Source of the DNA: Mobula hypostoma
Taxonomy: Eukaryota
Direction: 5' to 3'
NCBI RefSeq assembly: GCF_963921235.1
Contig: NC_086097.1
Span: forward strand, 112,222,001-112,286,000
DNA: 64,000 bases
Made by a program: the position numbers and the translations under genes. Within the stretch, counting starts at the first letter, position 1, and each line of letters begins with the position of its first letter. Shown in pieces: positions 1 through 12,134 of this stretch. The notes beneath the pieces are model-generated. The model was given only the letters and a program-made list of their open reading frames with translations. It did no database searches and was not told the DNA's origin.

Positions 1-240
1 CAAATTGCTTATTTATTATATTGACTGAGTTTATTTGCCTACTGACAAAAAATTATTTATATTATTTATTTATGTGTTAAAAAGTCACAGAAAAAGTCCC
101 TCAACAAAATGGTAGATTTGATTTCGGATAGGTATCTAGGTATAGGTAAGCCATAGCTTTCAGAATGTGTACAACAAGCTTTGCTACAAGAACCTATGCC
201 TCAAATTGTTGATTATCTGCTACATCTGATAAGAATACCA

Positions 241-495
241 ATGAGCTCACTTTCAATAACTCTTCATCTCATGTTCTTGATTTAACTATTGCTTATTTAT
301 ATTATTGTTTTTTTCTTTTGGCATTTGCACAGTTTGTTGTCTTCTGGTTGAATGCCCTAGATGAGGAGTCTTTCATTGATTATGTTATTATTATTTTTTT
401 GGATTTGTTGAGTATGCCCACAAGAAAAGTGAATCTCAGGGTTGTAGATGGTGACATACATGTACTTTGACAATAAAACTTACTTTGAACATTGA
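241..495 (+). mobile_element. LINE 3' tail fragment (Rex1/L2 group)
   Basis: Contains the tail GTATGCCCACAAGAAAA..GAATCTCAGGGTTGT..TGACATA..GTACTTTGACAATAAA..ACTTTGAAC, which recurs near 6280-6365, 46070-46152 and 46620-46680. Confidence 0.6.
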
Positions 496-1076
496 GGACC
501 AATTTAACATAGTTTTCTGGCTGGAACCAAATCAGCTGACAAAGAACGGCCAATGTTCTTTTGAAATAAAGGAAGACAATGAACAGTCAATCAGTAAGTA
601 CTGGATATGTACATGATGAGAATATTTTGAGCATTTTAACACTATTATTATTCCAGAGCATTACATTTCCTGATGCATAGTTTTCAGCTGTCAAAACCAG
701 TTCATGCATTTATCAGTGTTTGAAATTTTACATTTAAAGTTCATTCACTGGTATAATTTTAGCTGGGCCTGACTCATTCATAAGAACACAGATCATTTAC
801 ATTCCTCTCTCTAATGGATGTAGGAACATGTAAAGTCAAAGGTCTGATTTATAGGTTTATGGAGCAATAACAGATTTTTATCATGGGGGTGCACATGGAA
901 GAGCAAGCCAGGCATAATTCAGAAACTGGAGGGAAGGTTTAGGATGAAACATAGGCATTCAAACCTGCATTTGGAGTGCATATTTTTAAATGTATATTGT
1001 GGGGGTTTGTGACTGATGAGTTGCAAGCTCAAGTCACCACAACGCATATCTTGCTTGTGTAATCTAATCTTGTCAC

Positions 1077-1475
1077 TTCAGAATCAGAATCAGAATCAGA
1101 ATCAGGTTTTATATCACCGGTGTATGTCATGAAATTTGTTATTACGTGGCAGCAGTACATTGCAATACATAATAAAAACTGCAAATTACAATAAGTATAT
1201 ATACTTTAAAAAGTTAAAGAGAAAAAGAGAAAAAATTGTAGAGAGGTAGTGTTCATGATTTAACATCCTTTCAGAAATCTGATGGCAGAGGGGAGAAAGC
1301 TGTTTCTGAATCATTGAGTGTGTACCTTCAGGCTCCTGTACCTCCTTCCTGATGGTACAATGAGAAGATGAAATGTCCTGGGTAATGGGGGTCCTTAATG
1401 ATGGATGCCAACTTTTTGAGGCATTGCTCCTTGAAGATGTGCTGGATGCTGGGGAGGCTAGTGCCCATGAATGAG
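1077..1475 (-). mobile_element. Rex1/Babar LINE 3' end with (TCTGAT)n tail
   Basis: (TCAGAA)n at 1077-1104 on plus, followed by sequence homologous to the Rex1 C-terminal fragments at 35513-36490. Confidence 0.65.
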
Positions 1476-2007
1476 CTTTACATCTTTGGAGTCCAAGTAA
1501 ATTCTTAAACCACTATTGCACTGGATTGAAAGGCACATACTTTTTTTCTAAAACAAAGGACATCACTGCCATTTGCTAAATCTAAACTGTCTATAGGTGC
1601 AACAAGAAATTCTTCTGACTTCTATTCTAGCTTCCTTTTGGATGGATGTGCATGAAACTGGTTGAGAGAAATTAAAGTTTAAAGGTGAATACTTATATTC
1701 AAATTGGAAGGAAGTATGCAAGAGCATTCCCCTAGAGTTTACACATTTAGATACATATTTACCTGAAAATGGATATTCTTGCATAATCCCAATGTTTGCA
1801 GAAGACATGAAAGTCATAAATCTAGTAATCAATGACTAATGCATTTTGTTAGGAAGATAGTTGACAGGCAATATAAACCAGATGCCTCCAAGAGGACCAC
1901 AACCTTGCCGTAGGGTTTGGAGGCTTGTGTGCCTCAATGACCCGGAAAGCTATGATTGTCTGGAGCCAGAGATTTAAGCTTTGGCTCTTGGTAGGGTCAC
2001 GCATGTC

Positions 2008-3169
2008 TGTTACATATCCTGTGAGAATGATGTCATTGTCTTGTGAGCAGTATGTCATTATCTCATGATGGGTATGATGTAATGGTCTCATGATAGTGGG
2101 GTGATGTGATGTCACGTGATAGCATGTTCCAAACGGTAGTTAAACAAAGCCCGCCACTGTGACGCAGTTCTCATTTTTTATTTTTGTGCAATGTTGTTGT
2201 TGCCGGTCGGAAGTTTGGAGACACCGCCGGTTTTGTTTGTTGCACGTTTATTTTTTCCTTACAGTCCAGTACCAGAGTTATCTGAGTTCAAAGGATTGGG
2301 TAAAGTTAATGTTGTTCAGCTTCTTGGGAATCATCGACCTTTTTGTATCTTCGTTTGGCAGTTGCGGCATGCACATTTGATTTAAACCCCTGCAAGGTCG
2401 GGAAGGTTTGTGCAGTGACCACCTTCCAGTCAAAAGGTCAGTTCCTTTATTTCTTCGTGATTTCTTCGGCAAGGCATCTCTCAGCTGTGATCAGCAGATT
2501 ACTCCGAAGGAATCGTTGTTTCCGGGAAGTCTCTCCTTAATGACTGTATAAATCACATGGACTTTTGAATTTACCACTTTAAGTCTGGGGGAGCACGGTC
2601 CCAGTAATGTACCAAGGAACTTCCGAAAGGAAAAGACACTACTCCTGAAGGCTTAGTGGGACCACGCCCCCATGTGTCATTACGGATAGATGGAAGCTAT
2701 GCTAAAGCTGTCCTCGACACTGGAGCGCAGGTCAAGTTGTTGTACAGTTTGTTTTACAACCGGTGTCTGAAGCATTTACCCTTGATAACATTGAGCGCAC
2801 TGGAGATTTGGGGTACCAGTGCCCGTGATTATCCAGAAGATAACGATTGGTTAGTGAACCTGGAGTTCATGGGGTACATCACACAGCATCCACGCAAACT
2901 TGATTACCCAGTTTGGCGGAGCCGAAGTCTGCTTCTCCTAGACGACAGCGAGTTGAGCGAGCCTGAGGCTTACCAGGGGGCTACATATGATGACAACTCG
3001 TTAAGAACAGTTTATAAGTTTGTCTGTTTGTTTGATATAGTCGCCTAACTGTTAACTTCAAGTTAGTTGTTCATTTACTTTTTGACGTTTTGAGCACAGC
3101 TTAATAAGTCTCGTGGTTTGTTTATAAACCCTGTCTCAGTTTCATATCTGTTGCTGCTGGTTTATAACA
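2008..3169 (+). mobile_element. Internally deleted Gypsy-type LTR element
   Basis: TGTTACA...TATAACA termini. Imperfect 5-bp TSD ATGTC (2003-2007) / ATGCC (3170-3174). Contains a protease remnant. Confidence 0.7.
2656..2870 (+). pseudogene. Gypsy retropepsin (aspartic protease) fragment
   Basis: [29 protein letters not shown] carries the LDTGA active-site motif. Confidence 0.75.
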
Positions 3170-3685
3170 ATGCCAAACAGGTTAGAGGATAGAGGCCAAT
3201 CTAAAAGTGATCCATGGGTCCTCCAGGTTTGGGGGTTCAGCACAGGGCTAACATCATTGATTAGTAAGTTGTTATGGGAACAGCAATGAAGATTCCTACT
3301 ACATCTGAGTGTGAGGGTATTCCTGAGTCTCCACCGAAACTTGCATGACTGACAGTTCTGAAAACCAAGAGGAAGTTGCTGACACGATATAGGAAGCTCT
3401 GAACAGCACCAGAGAAGGAGAACTTTCAATGCTGCCCTAAACACTAGCAGCATAATGGGCAGTAAGTATAAACTAGATGGCACAAAGTTAGTGGAGATGC
3501 AAGAAGAAAGAGACCTGAAGATGTACTTGTGTAAATCTATAAAGGTGGCAGGATAAGCTGCGAAGGATATTAAATGGAAAGTTGATAAATAGAGGCAATG
3601 AATGGAAAGCAAAAAAGTTTGTAAGATATAGGTTAGTTCTAAGCTGGAGAAATGCGTTCATCGCAGTTTAGGAAGGATGTCAAGC

Positions 3686-4765
3686 GTTCAGATAATCAGG
3701 ATGCACAACCACTCCTCCCTGTCCATCATCCTCAACACGGGTGCCCCTCAGGGCTGTGTGCTGAGCCCATTTCTGTACACTCTGCTCACACACGACTACA
3801 CGGCCACAGCCAAAAACCCGAGTCATCACATTGTCAAGTTTGCTGAGAACACAGCAGTGGAGGGGCTCACCACCAACAGTAATGAGACCGCCTACAAGGA
3901 GGAGGTGGAAGAGCTCGAGGCCTGGTGCCAGGCAAATAACCTCTTTCTCAATGTCAACAAAACAAAGAAGATGGTCATCAACTTCAGAAGAACTTGCACC
4001 ACATTGGCGGCACAGCAGTGGAAACTACAAGTGGTTTCAAACTCGTGGTAGTGCACACCTCACACAACCACTCATCATCCCAGAACACATCCTACATTGT
4101 CAGGAGAGCTCACAGACTCCTCTGCTTTCTGAGGAAGCGGAAGAGAGCTGGACTATGCACATCCATATGCCATTCTACAGATGGCAGGAGAGAGCATCCT
4201 AACAAGCTGCGTCACTGCATGGTACGGAAACTGAACAGGGGCAGACAAGAAGGCTCTATAAAACTGCCCAATGCATCACAGGCACCAGCATACCTACCAT
4301 CAAGGACAGATGTACAGAAAGGTGCCAGAAATAGGCTCGAAACATCATGAAGGATCTCACCCTTCCTGTTCATGGTCTGTTTGTCCCACTACCGTCGGGC
4401 AGGAGGCCATGTAGTATCCACACCAGATCACCAGATTCAAAAGCAGTTACGTTCTCCAAGCAGTAAGGCTGATCAACATCTCCACCCACTAACCCATCCT
4501 TCCACACCCCCAATCACCACTACTTTATCATTTCACCTTAAGTACAGACACCCCTGTGCCTAGTGTCACTTTATGGACATACAAACAAAATATCTATATA
4601 AACTACCATATGTATTTATATTTATTGTGTTTTTTTATTATTATTGTATTCTTCATCTTATTGTGCACTTTTTGTGCTGCATCTGATTTGGAGTAACAAT
4701 TATTTCATTCTCCTTTACACTTGCATACAGGAAATTATATTAAACTGTCTTGAATCTTGAATCTT
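3686..4765 (+). mobile_element. 5'-truncated Rex1/Babar LINE (decayed RT)
   Basis: LNTGAPQGCVLSPFLYTLLTHD..VKFAENTAVEGL (FADD motif decayed), frameshifts, (TCTTGAA)n tail at 4748-4765. Confidence 0.85.
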
Positions 4766-5609
4766 AGGGTGAAAAAGCAATTTATTAGGTTGGTACCCGC
4801 ATGGATACAGTTATGTGGAGAGATTAGTACAGAGGGAACTTTACTCTAAGCTAAAATATTCGACAGAAGTTTTTCTAATCACAAATTGTCACATTGGGTA
4901 TAGGCTGGTTGTCTCCAGTATCAGAAGGATTTCTTACCAGGGAACGCAGTTAAGCTGATTTATAAAACAACTATCTGACCTACAAAAACAATGAATTGTT
5001 GGAATACATTGCCAGTAGAGGTGATGGAAGAGTTTTAACCATTGATTTCAAAAGATAATTGGATAACAATTTGAAGACAAATAATGGTTAGGAATTTTTT
5101 TTAAATCGGAGCATGGGACCCATAGATGGTTCTACCAAAGGGCTAGCATTGACATACTGTAATGGACTGTTGAATTCTATGACTCCCTGTAGGCTGCAGT
5201 TTTAACATGAAATAAGAACTGAGAGTGTGGGATTGAATTTAACATAGTACCCTTGTGGAGTGTGGAGTGTGGAGTACAGGAGTTCTCTGAGCTACAAATG
5301 TAAGGTTCAAAGTTTAAAGTAAATTTATTATTGAAGTACATATATGCCACCATTTACAGCACTGGGATTCATTGTCTTGTAGGCTTTTGCAGTAAATACA
5401 AGAAACACAATAGAGTAAATGAAAGACCACCCCAACAGGACAGACAAGCATTCAATGTGTAAAAGACAGCACACCATGCAAATATCAAAAGAGAAAAAAA
5501 GACCATTATAATAAATAAATAATAAATATTGAGAACATGAGAAGAAGAGTCCTTGAAAGTGAGTCTATAGGTTGTGAGAACTCTTCAGTGATAGGGCAAG
5601 TGAAATTGA

Positions 5610-5762
5610 GCAACACACATCAAAGTTACTGGTGAACGCAGCAGGCCAAGCAGCATCTATAGGAAGAGGCGCAGTCGACGTTTCAGGCCAAGACCCTTCG
5701 TCAGGACTAACTGAAAGAAGAGTGAGTAAGGGATTTGAAAGCTGGAGGGGGAGGGGGAGATG
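5610..5762 (-). mobile_element. Penelope terminal repeat (pLTR) fragment
   Basis: Near-identical to the reverse complement of 61005-61157 and homologous to the 3' end of the Penelope at 31544-33488. Confidence 0.85.
5672..5709 (-). ncRNA. Minimal type I hammerhead ribozyme motif
   Basis: Minus strand reads UAGUC-CUGACGA-A-GGG-UCUUGG-CCU-GAAAC-GUC-GACUG: intact core, helix I, helix II and palindromic ACGU helix III. Confidence 0.8.
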
Positions 5763-5959
5763 CACCATTCAGCCAGGTTTTCAATCTACCTCCTATATGC
5801 TGGTCTGTCACCACCTTTGATTTGGTCTACAGCAGTGGTGCTATCAGCAAACTTAAATATGGCATTGGAACTGTGCTTAGGCACACAGTCATAAGTGTAA
5901 AGCTGGTAGAGCAAGGGGCTAAGCACACAGCCTTGTGCTGTTGGAGATCATGGCCACCA

Positions 5960-6980
5960 CTCAGGCCATGCTCTCTTCTCACTACTGCTGTCAAGAAGAA
6001 TGTTCTCACACCACCAGGTTCAAGAGCAGTTATTATCCCTCAACCATCAGACTTTTGAACCAGAGAACATAACTTTACTCAAAGTCACTTGCCCCATCAC
6101 TGAATTGTTTCCACAACCTATGAACTCTTCATCTCATGTTCTTGACATATTTTATTTCTTCTTCTTATTTATTTTTTTTCCTTTTGTATTTGCATAGTTG
6201 CCTTTTGCACACTGGTTGTTTGCCCTGCTGGTGCGATCTTTCACTGATTCGATGATAGTAATCGTATTTATTGAGTATCCCCACAAAGAAAGGTATCTTA
6301 GAGTTGTATATGGTGATATATACAGTATGTACCTTGAGAATAAATCTACTTTCAACCTTGAACTTTGGGGGTCCTTGATGATGGTTGCTGCTTTCCTGTA
6401 ACAGCTCATTGGTGGGAAGGGCTTTACCCGTGATGGACTGGGCCATATCCACTACTCTTGTAGGCTTTTCTGTTCAACGGCATTGGTGTTTCCATAACAA
6501 ACCATGATGCAACCAGTCAATATACTCTCCACAATACATCTATAGAAGTTTCTCAAATATTTAGATGACATGCGCAATCTTCCTAATCTAAGAATGAAGA
6601 AACACTGCTGTACCTTCAGTATAATGACACTTATTGCTCGACCCAGGACAGATCTTTTGAAATGGTAACACCAAGGAATTTAAAATTGTTGAACCTTTCC
6701 ACCTCTGATCCTCCAATGAGGACTGGGTCATGTATCTCCAATTTCCTCCTCAACTTCTTGATGGTGCTGACATTGAATGAAAGCTTGTTGCTGAGGCACC
6801 ACTCAGCCAGATTTCCAATCTCCCTCCTATATGCTGACTTATCATCACCCTTGATTTGGTCAATGGCAATGCTGTCATCAGCAAATTTAATATGGCATTG
6901 GATCTGTGCTTAGCCTCGCAGTCAAAAGTATGAAGTGAGAAGAGCAGGTGGCTTAGCACATAGACTTGTGGTGCCCCTGT
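5960..6980. mobile_element. Two tail-to-tail Rex1-type LINE fragments (5960-6365 plus, 6366-6980 minus)
   Basis: Plus part has the TTRFKSSYYPSTIRLLN-type C-terminus and tail. Minus part has KFADD and KAATIIKDP remnants. Confidence 0.65.
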
Positions 6981-7664
6981 TTCGGGTTGAGAACCCTCTT
7001 CAGGAAAAGGGTTCTAGTGTGAAATGTCGACTGTTTGTTCATTTCCATGGATGCAGCCTGACGTGCTGAGTTCCTCCAGCATTTTGTGTGTGTTTTTTTC
7101 AAGTCAATTGAAGTATTTTAACTTCTACACAATTTATCCAATAATCTTTCAAAATGGCATTATAAATACCTTCACAGCAGTTTGCCTCATCATTAGTCTA
7201 ACTTGCTAAATAAGATTTTTTGTGAAATAGTTTTAAAAGTAATATTAAACCAAATTGACTCTATAGATAGAATCAAATAAAAAAGTATCTTTCCACATAT
7301 TCAGCAAAAACTGGCATTTAATTAGCTGTGTTTCTTAGAAAGGCTGAAATGAAAACAGAATGGTGAGAAATGAACTTGTCCCAAAGCAATATGGATGTAC
7401 CTGAGGTAATCATATACAAAGGAGAGCACACTTTAAATGTGCTGTATCCATCAGGGAGAATGTAATGATGAGAAAAGTTAAGAAGTATCTGGGTAGACAA
7501 ACTTCACCTTGTCTCAGAAAAAATTGCAAAAAATTGAAGCTCATGTTTACAGTTCTAATATTTTCCCTGAATTATTTTTTCAGTCATATGGATAATACAT
7601 TATTAACAGAACTCATAATGTAAGTTCAACACCAACACATCCTATACCTGACTGAAAGTTCACA

Positions 7665-7920
7665 CTCAATCGTTTTGTGTCGTGTCGTATGACATAGGTG
7701 ATCATGGTCTTACCATGACCATTATTGTTCTTGGAAAATTTTCTGCAGAAATGGTTTGCCATTGCCATCTTCTGGGCAAGATAAGTGACCCCAGCCATTA
7801 TCAATACTCTTCAGAGGTTATCTCACCATCCACCACCTGATCGAGAGGTTAAGCTGGTGCTACAGGGGTGACCCACAGGCTGCTGGAGGGTAGGGGCGTA
7901 TCTCCACCAAGGCATTCTTT
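7665..7920 (-). mobile_element. SINE with RTE/BovB-type tail
   Basis: Minus strand AGAAGATGGCAATGGCAAACCATTTCTG..CATGGTAAGACCATG..GTCATACGACAC resembles RTE-derived SINE tails. Confidence 0.5.
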
Positions 7921-8282
7921 ACTCAGTTCTGAAGTTCCAAATTATTTAATTTACACTGAACAGGTTAGTGTTACTTTGATAATTGAGTATTGTCATGTTA
8001 GTAAGTCATACCTGAACTCTTGTTTGCTCCAGCAAATAATATTTATGGAAGGAATGAACATGACCTCAACATAAACATATTCCTTATAATCTACTTTGAA
8101 AAGATTTCTGCCATGAGATTATATACAGATGCAAGTCAAATTTGTATTTTATTTTTATTTCAGTCAAACTGTGTTGTATTAAGTTCTAACTGTATTCTCC
8201 TGGCTGCTTTCATTACTATTTTGGGAGTTCCATGTAATATTGAGTTGAATTGACAGTCAATGTAATATAGAGTACTCTCAAA

Positions 8283-9131
8283 TCAGCGTGAATTTATCAG
8301 TCGGATGGCCTGGTGGAAGAAGCTGTCCTGGAGCCTGTTGGACCTGGCTTTTATGCTGTGGTACCGCTTCCCAGATGGTAGCAGCTGGAATAGATTGTGG
8401 TTGGGATGACTTGGGTTCCCAGTGATCCTATGGGCCCTTTTTACACACCTGTCCTTGTAAATGTCCTGAATCATGGGAAGTTCACAAGTACAGATGCGCA
8501 GGGCTGTCCACACCACTCTCTGCAGAGTCCTACTATTAAGGGAGGTACAGATGCAGCCAGTCAGGATGCTCTCAATTGTTCCCATGTAGAAAATTCTTAG
8601 GATTTGGGGGCCTATACCAAACTTCCTCAACCGTCTGAGGTGAAAGAAATGCTGTTGTGCCTTTTTCACCACATAGCTGGTGTGTACAGACCATGTGAGG
8701 TCCTCGGTGATGTGGACGAAGGTCCTCGGTGATGTGGACCGAGGACCTCATGTGGTGAGGAACTTGAAGCTGTTTACCCTCTGAACCCCAGATCCATTGA
8801 TGTCAATTGGGATTAGCCCATCTCCATTCCTCCTGTAATCCACACCCAGCAACCTTGTTTTTGCGACATTGAGGGAGAGGTTGTTTTCTTGACACCACTG
8901 TGTCACAGAGATGACTTCTTCCCTGTAGGCCACCTCGTTATTGTTTGAGATAAGGCCAATCAATGTAGTGTCGTCAGCAAATTTTATGACAGGTTGGAGC
9001 TGTGGGTGGCAGGGGACTCAGTACCCTGAGGGCTCCTGTGTTGAGGGTCAGAGGGTTGGAGGTGAGGGAGCCCACTCTCACTACCTGCCGGTGATCTGAC
9101 AGGAAGTCCAGGTTCCAGCTGTACAAGGCAG
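8283..9131 (-). mobile_element. Rex1/Babar LINE fragment
   Basis: ORF pieces WNLDFLSDHRQVVRVGSLTSNPLTLNTGA, WCQENNLSLNVAKT and KKAQQHFFHLRRLRKFG..DSFFHQAIRLIN. Confidence 0.85.
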
Positions 9132-9439
9132 GTAAACAAAAATTAAATTGAAACATTTAATCAAAGCATTTAAGCATATAATAAATCTGTATGTAATTTC
9201 CAGTTCTTTTGTCAAGTGCCTTAAACCTGGACTTTCTGATCAGAGATGTAGCTGGTATGGGGGGAAAAGTAGCTGTAAATATCAGTTACACTTTAATCAA
9301 CAAGTTCTCGGTTTCTGAATAGCTCTTGTAAACTGAGATTACTTTGAAAGGTATCAGGTTATCATTAGCAATTAGACTTATAATTATTATATCATCAAAA
9401 TACTGATTTTCAATAATTATATTTGTTTTTTAAATTTGA

Positions 9440-9625
9440 AATACAGCTCGGTATTAGGCTCATCTGCCCCAAAGAGCCTGCACTATCCAATTTTATCCAT
9501 GTGATCAATTAACTTATTAAACCATACGTCTTTAGAACGTGGGAGGAAACTGGAGCACTTGGAAGAAACCCACGTGGTCACAGGGAGAATGTACAAACTC
9601 CTTACAGACAGTGGTGGGAATTGAA
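9440..9625 (-). mobile_element. V-domain SINE (HE1-like)
   Basis: V-domain core GGAGTTTGTACATTCTCCCTGTGACCACGTGGGTTTCTTCCAAGTGCTCCAGTTTCCTCCCAC on minus. Confidence 0.75.
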
Positions 9626-9721
9626 TTAGAGAATATCCATTTGGATTTCTCACACTTCCTACAAGGTTCTCCTTCCTTGGAGGTGATAATGGCAAGGGAG
9701 CAGGCCTCTGTTTTGACAGTT

Positions 9722-9960
9722 CGAGTCACAGAAAAGTGCAGCACAGAAACAGGCTCTTCAGCCCATCTAGTCCATGCTGAACCATTTGAACAGCTTACTC
9801 CCATTGACCTGCACCCAGACTATAGCCCTCCATACCACTCCTATCCACGTACCTATCTAAATTTCTCTTAAATGTTGAAATCAAGCTTGCATGCGCCACT
9901 TGTGTTGGCAGCTCGTTCCACTTTCTCACCACCCTCTGAATGAAGGAGTTTCCCCTCAAG
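9722..9960 (-). mobile_element. CR1 LINE 3' fragment
   Basis: RGNSFIQRVVRKWNELP..FKRNLDRYVD, the CR1 ORF2 C-terminus. Confidence 0.8.
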
Positions 9961-11499
9961 CTGTTGCAGACACAATTGTGCCATTCTGGATGGATGAATT
10001 GGAGAAGGTCAGTAGAATCAATACCCCCCAGGCATTCTGGGTGGCGTAGGGGGTGGGTAGGGAGTGTTGCAAGGCCGGTGCCATTGGTAAAATCTGTCAT
10101 TAGTCTGATAGTAGATGGCGATGGGTTTAGCATGCGAGGTTATTTGGAGGGGGGGGGTGGTATCGGTGATTCCCTAATGAGCTTGTTAACAGTGACAACG
10201 GATATTGGAATGTAAGCTGTTTCTCCTCTCACATATGTGGCCTAACCTATTGAGTATTTCAAGCACCTTTTCTGTTTTCATTTTAAATCTCCTTCTGTAT
10301 TTTTTTAATTTTTAAGATTGCTGACACTTATTGATATACACATCAGCATACACATCACAACGCCTTTGATAATCGTTCAAAAATACTTAAAAAATTGATG
10401 CCAGCAGGTTGCCACTCTTCCAGAAAGTCTGGATATTGGCTGGTTGGGAACAGAACAGCTGAGAATGATACAATACATGCTTCTGATCAGGCACCACCTG
10501 GGGATTAATGGAGTGGTAACTCTTTCTATTAATGAAGGCCCCACTGTATGGTCATCCGAAAGCAGAATTTATGCAGTCAATGACTTTCTATGTACAAGTG
10601 ATCCCTGTTACTCATGGACAGATCCAGACTCCAAGTCAAATGCAGCTCTGTACTGTGCATCCCTAGCAAACTAACTATCTGTCTCATGCTCAATGCAGTT
10701 GTGCACTGTGAAATGGGATTTGCAGATATCTGCCTCTTACGGGAAGGTGTTATAAACGCTTAGAATCAAAGAGCCTTAAATTCATACAGCACAGAAATCA
10801 GCACTCCAACCCACCATCTTCAAACTACCCATTGTATTTACTTCAATAATCCCATTTACCCATGGCTTCTTTGCCCTTGATCCCTGTTGCAGAAATATCT
10901 GCCTCCACCAGTTTTTGAGGGAGCACACTGCAGATTCCAACCATCCTCTGTATAAAAACATCTCCCCTCAGGTCCCCTCTAAAAGTTCTTCCTCCCACTT
11001 TACATCTATGCCCCGTTGCCAAGAGCTGTAGTGACTTCTGGAGCCTTTACTAGAATATGGGTTCTGGACAGGTAGAAAGAGGACCTGTACAGTCCACAGC
11101 AAGAAGCACTGCTCCTCAGAAAGGTCAAAGACCTCCCATTAAGCACTAAAGAATCACAAGGAAATCAGAGTGGGCCTCTGAAGGCGCTCTTTGGCTCTTC
11201 AATTTACCAGGCAGAGACGGACAGAAACCTAGGTTGCACAGCTCAGCATGACACAGAGCTGTTATTAAGCTCAAAGGTGAGCAGCTAAATTGAAAGGTAC
11301 AGCAGACAAATATTACAATTATTCAGCGCTCCAGTGATACGAATACACTTGTGCTGGGGTTAATTAAAATCATCCTATCTGCCAGGTTTAACAGCTTACC
11401 AAGCATATTCTCTCAAAAGTGGATTCAATGCCCACTAATTAAATAAGTATAATCTATATATACAGCCGGTAGGCTAAATTTCTCTTTAAAGTAATGGAA

Positions 11500-11792
11500 T
11501 ATTTATTTACTTATTGATTGAGATGCAATGTGGAATAGGCCCTTCCGGGCCTTCGAGCCACACCATCCAGTAATCCCCAGATTTAATTCTAGCTTAAGCA
11601 GGGGACAATTTACAATGACCAGGTATCATACCACCCAGTATGCCTTTGAACTGTGGGAGGAAACCAGAGCACCCAGAGGAAACCAACGCAGTCACGGGGG
11701 GAATGTACAAATTCTTCACAGGCTGCATCAGGAATTGAACCTGCGTTGCCTGTTCTGTAAAGTGTTGTGCTAACCACTACACTACCATACCG
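11500..11792 (-). mobile_element. V-domain SINE, near full length
   Basis: tRNA-like head (GGTAGTGTAGTGGTTAGCAC..GGTTCAATTCC), V core, and a CR1-type tail GCTCGAAGGCCCGGAAGGGCCT. Confidence 0.8.
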
Positions 11793-12016
11793 TGAATTAG
11801 TCACAGTTTTAATAGAAAGAAAGAAACATTTCCCAGACTTATTGGTCATTGAGGCAAAATCATCCATTTCAATGTATGTTTTGATAGTTCAATATACAAA
11901 GGACAAATAAAGATAAAGAAAAAAATTACCTTTAGAATTAGAATCAGATTTAATATCACTGGCATATGTCATGAAACTTGTCACAAGTGCATTAAAATAT
12001 ACAGTGAATGCATTTA

Positions 12017-12130
12017 ATGGCAGAATGGCCTGACGTACCCCACAGAGGCGAAGACAAGACAAGACAGGACCCCCCGCAGGGCAACGGCAGAACGGCCTGA
12101 CTTACCCCACGGAGGCAAGGACAAGAAGAT
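12017..12130 (+). repeat. Two-unit tandem repeat (~68-bp period)
   Basis: GGCAGAATGGCCTGACGTACCCCACAGAGGCGAAGACAAGA is repeated as GGCAGAACGGCCTGACTTACCCCACGGAGGCAAGGACAAGA. Confidence 0.7.
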
Positions 12131-12134
12131 ACAA

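Larger units (their letters stand above)
1890..3468 (+). mobile_element. Non-autonomous RTE-derived element (5' head plus 3' tail) split by an LTR insertion
   Basis: Head CCTTGCCGT..GGCTTGTGTGCCTCAATGACC..GGTAGGGTCACGCATG|CCAAACAGG resembles the RTE 5' end at 46700-46830. Ends GCTGCCCTAAACACTAGCAGCATAATGGGCAGTAAGTA. Confidence 0.6.

Noticed and set aside
8283..8672. KKAQQ..LRRLRKFG ORF, of a type often auto-annotated as an ALKBH8 N-terminal domain
   Set aside because: It is the Rex1 RT C-terminus, contiguous with RT motifs and multi-copy in this window.
8697..8760. Short direct repeats (GGTCCTCGGTGATGTGGAC x2) resembling a CRISPR array
   Set aside because: It is a local tandem duplication inside a Rex1 LINE with no spacers, in a eukaryotic context.
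11735..11792. tRNA-like A and B boxes
   Set aside because: This is the head of a V-domain SINE, not a tRNA gene.
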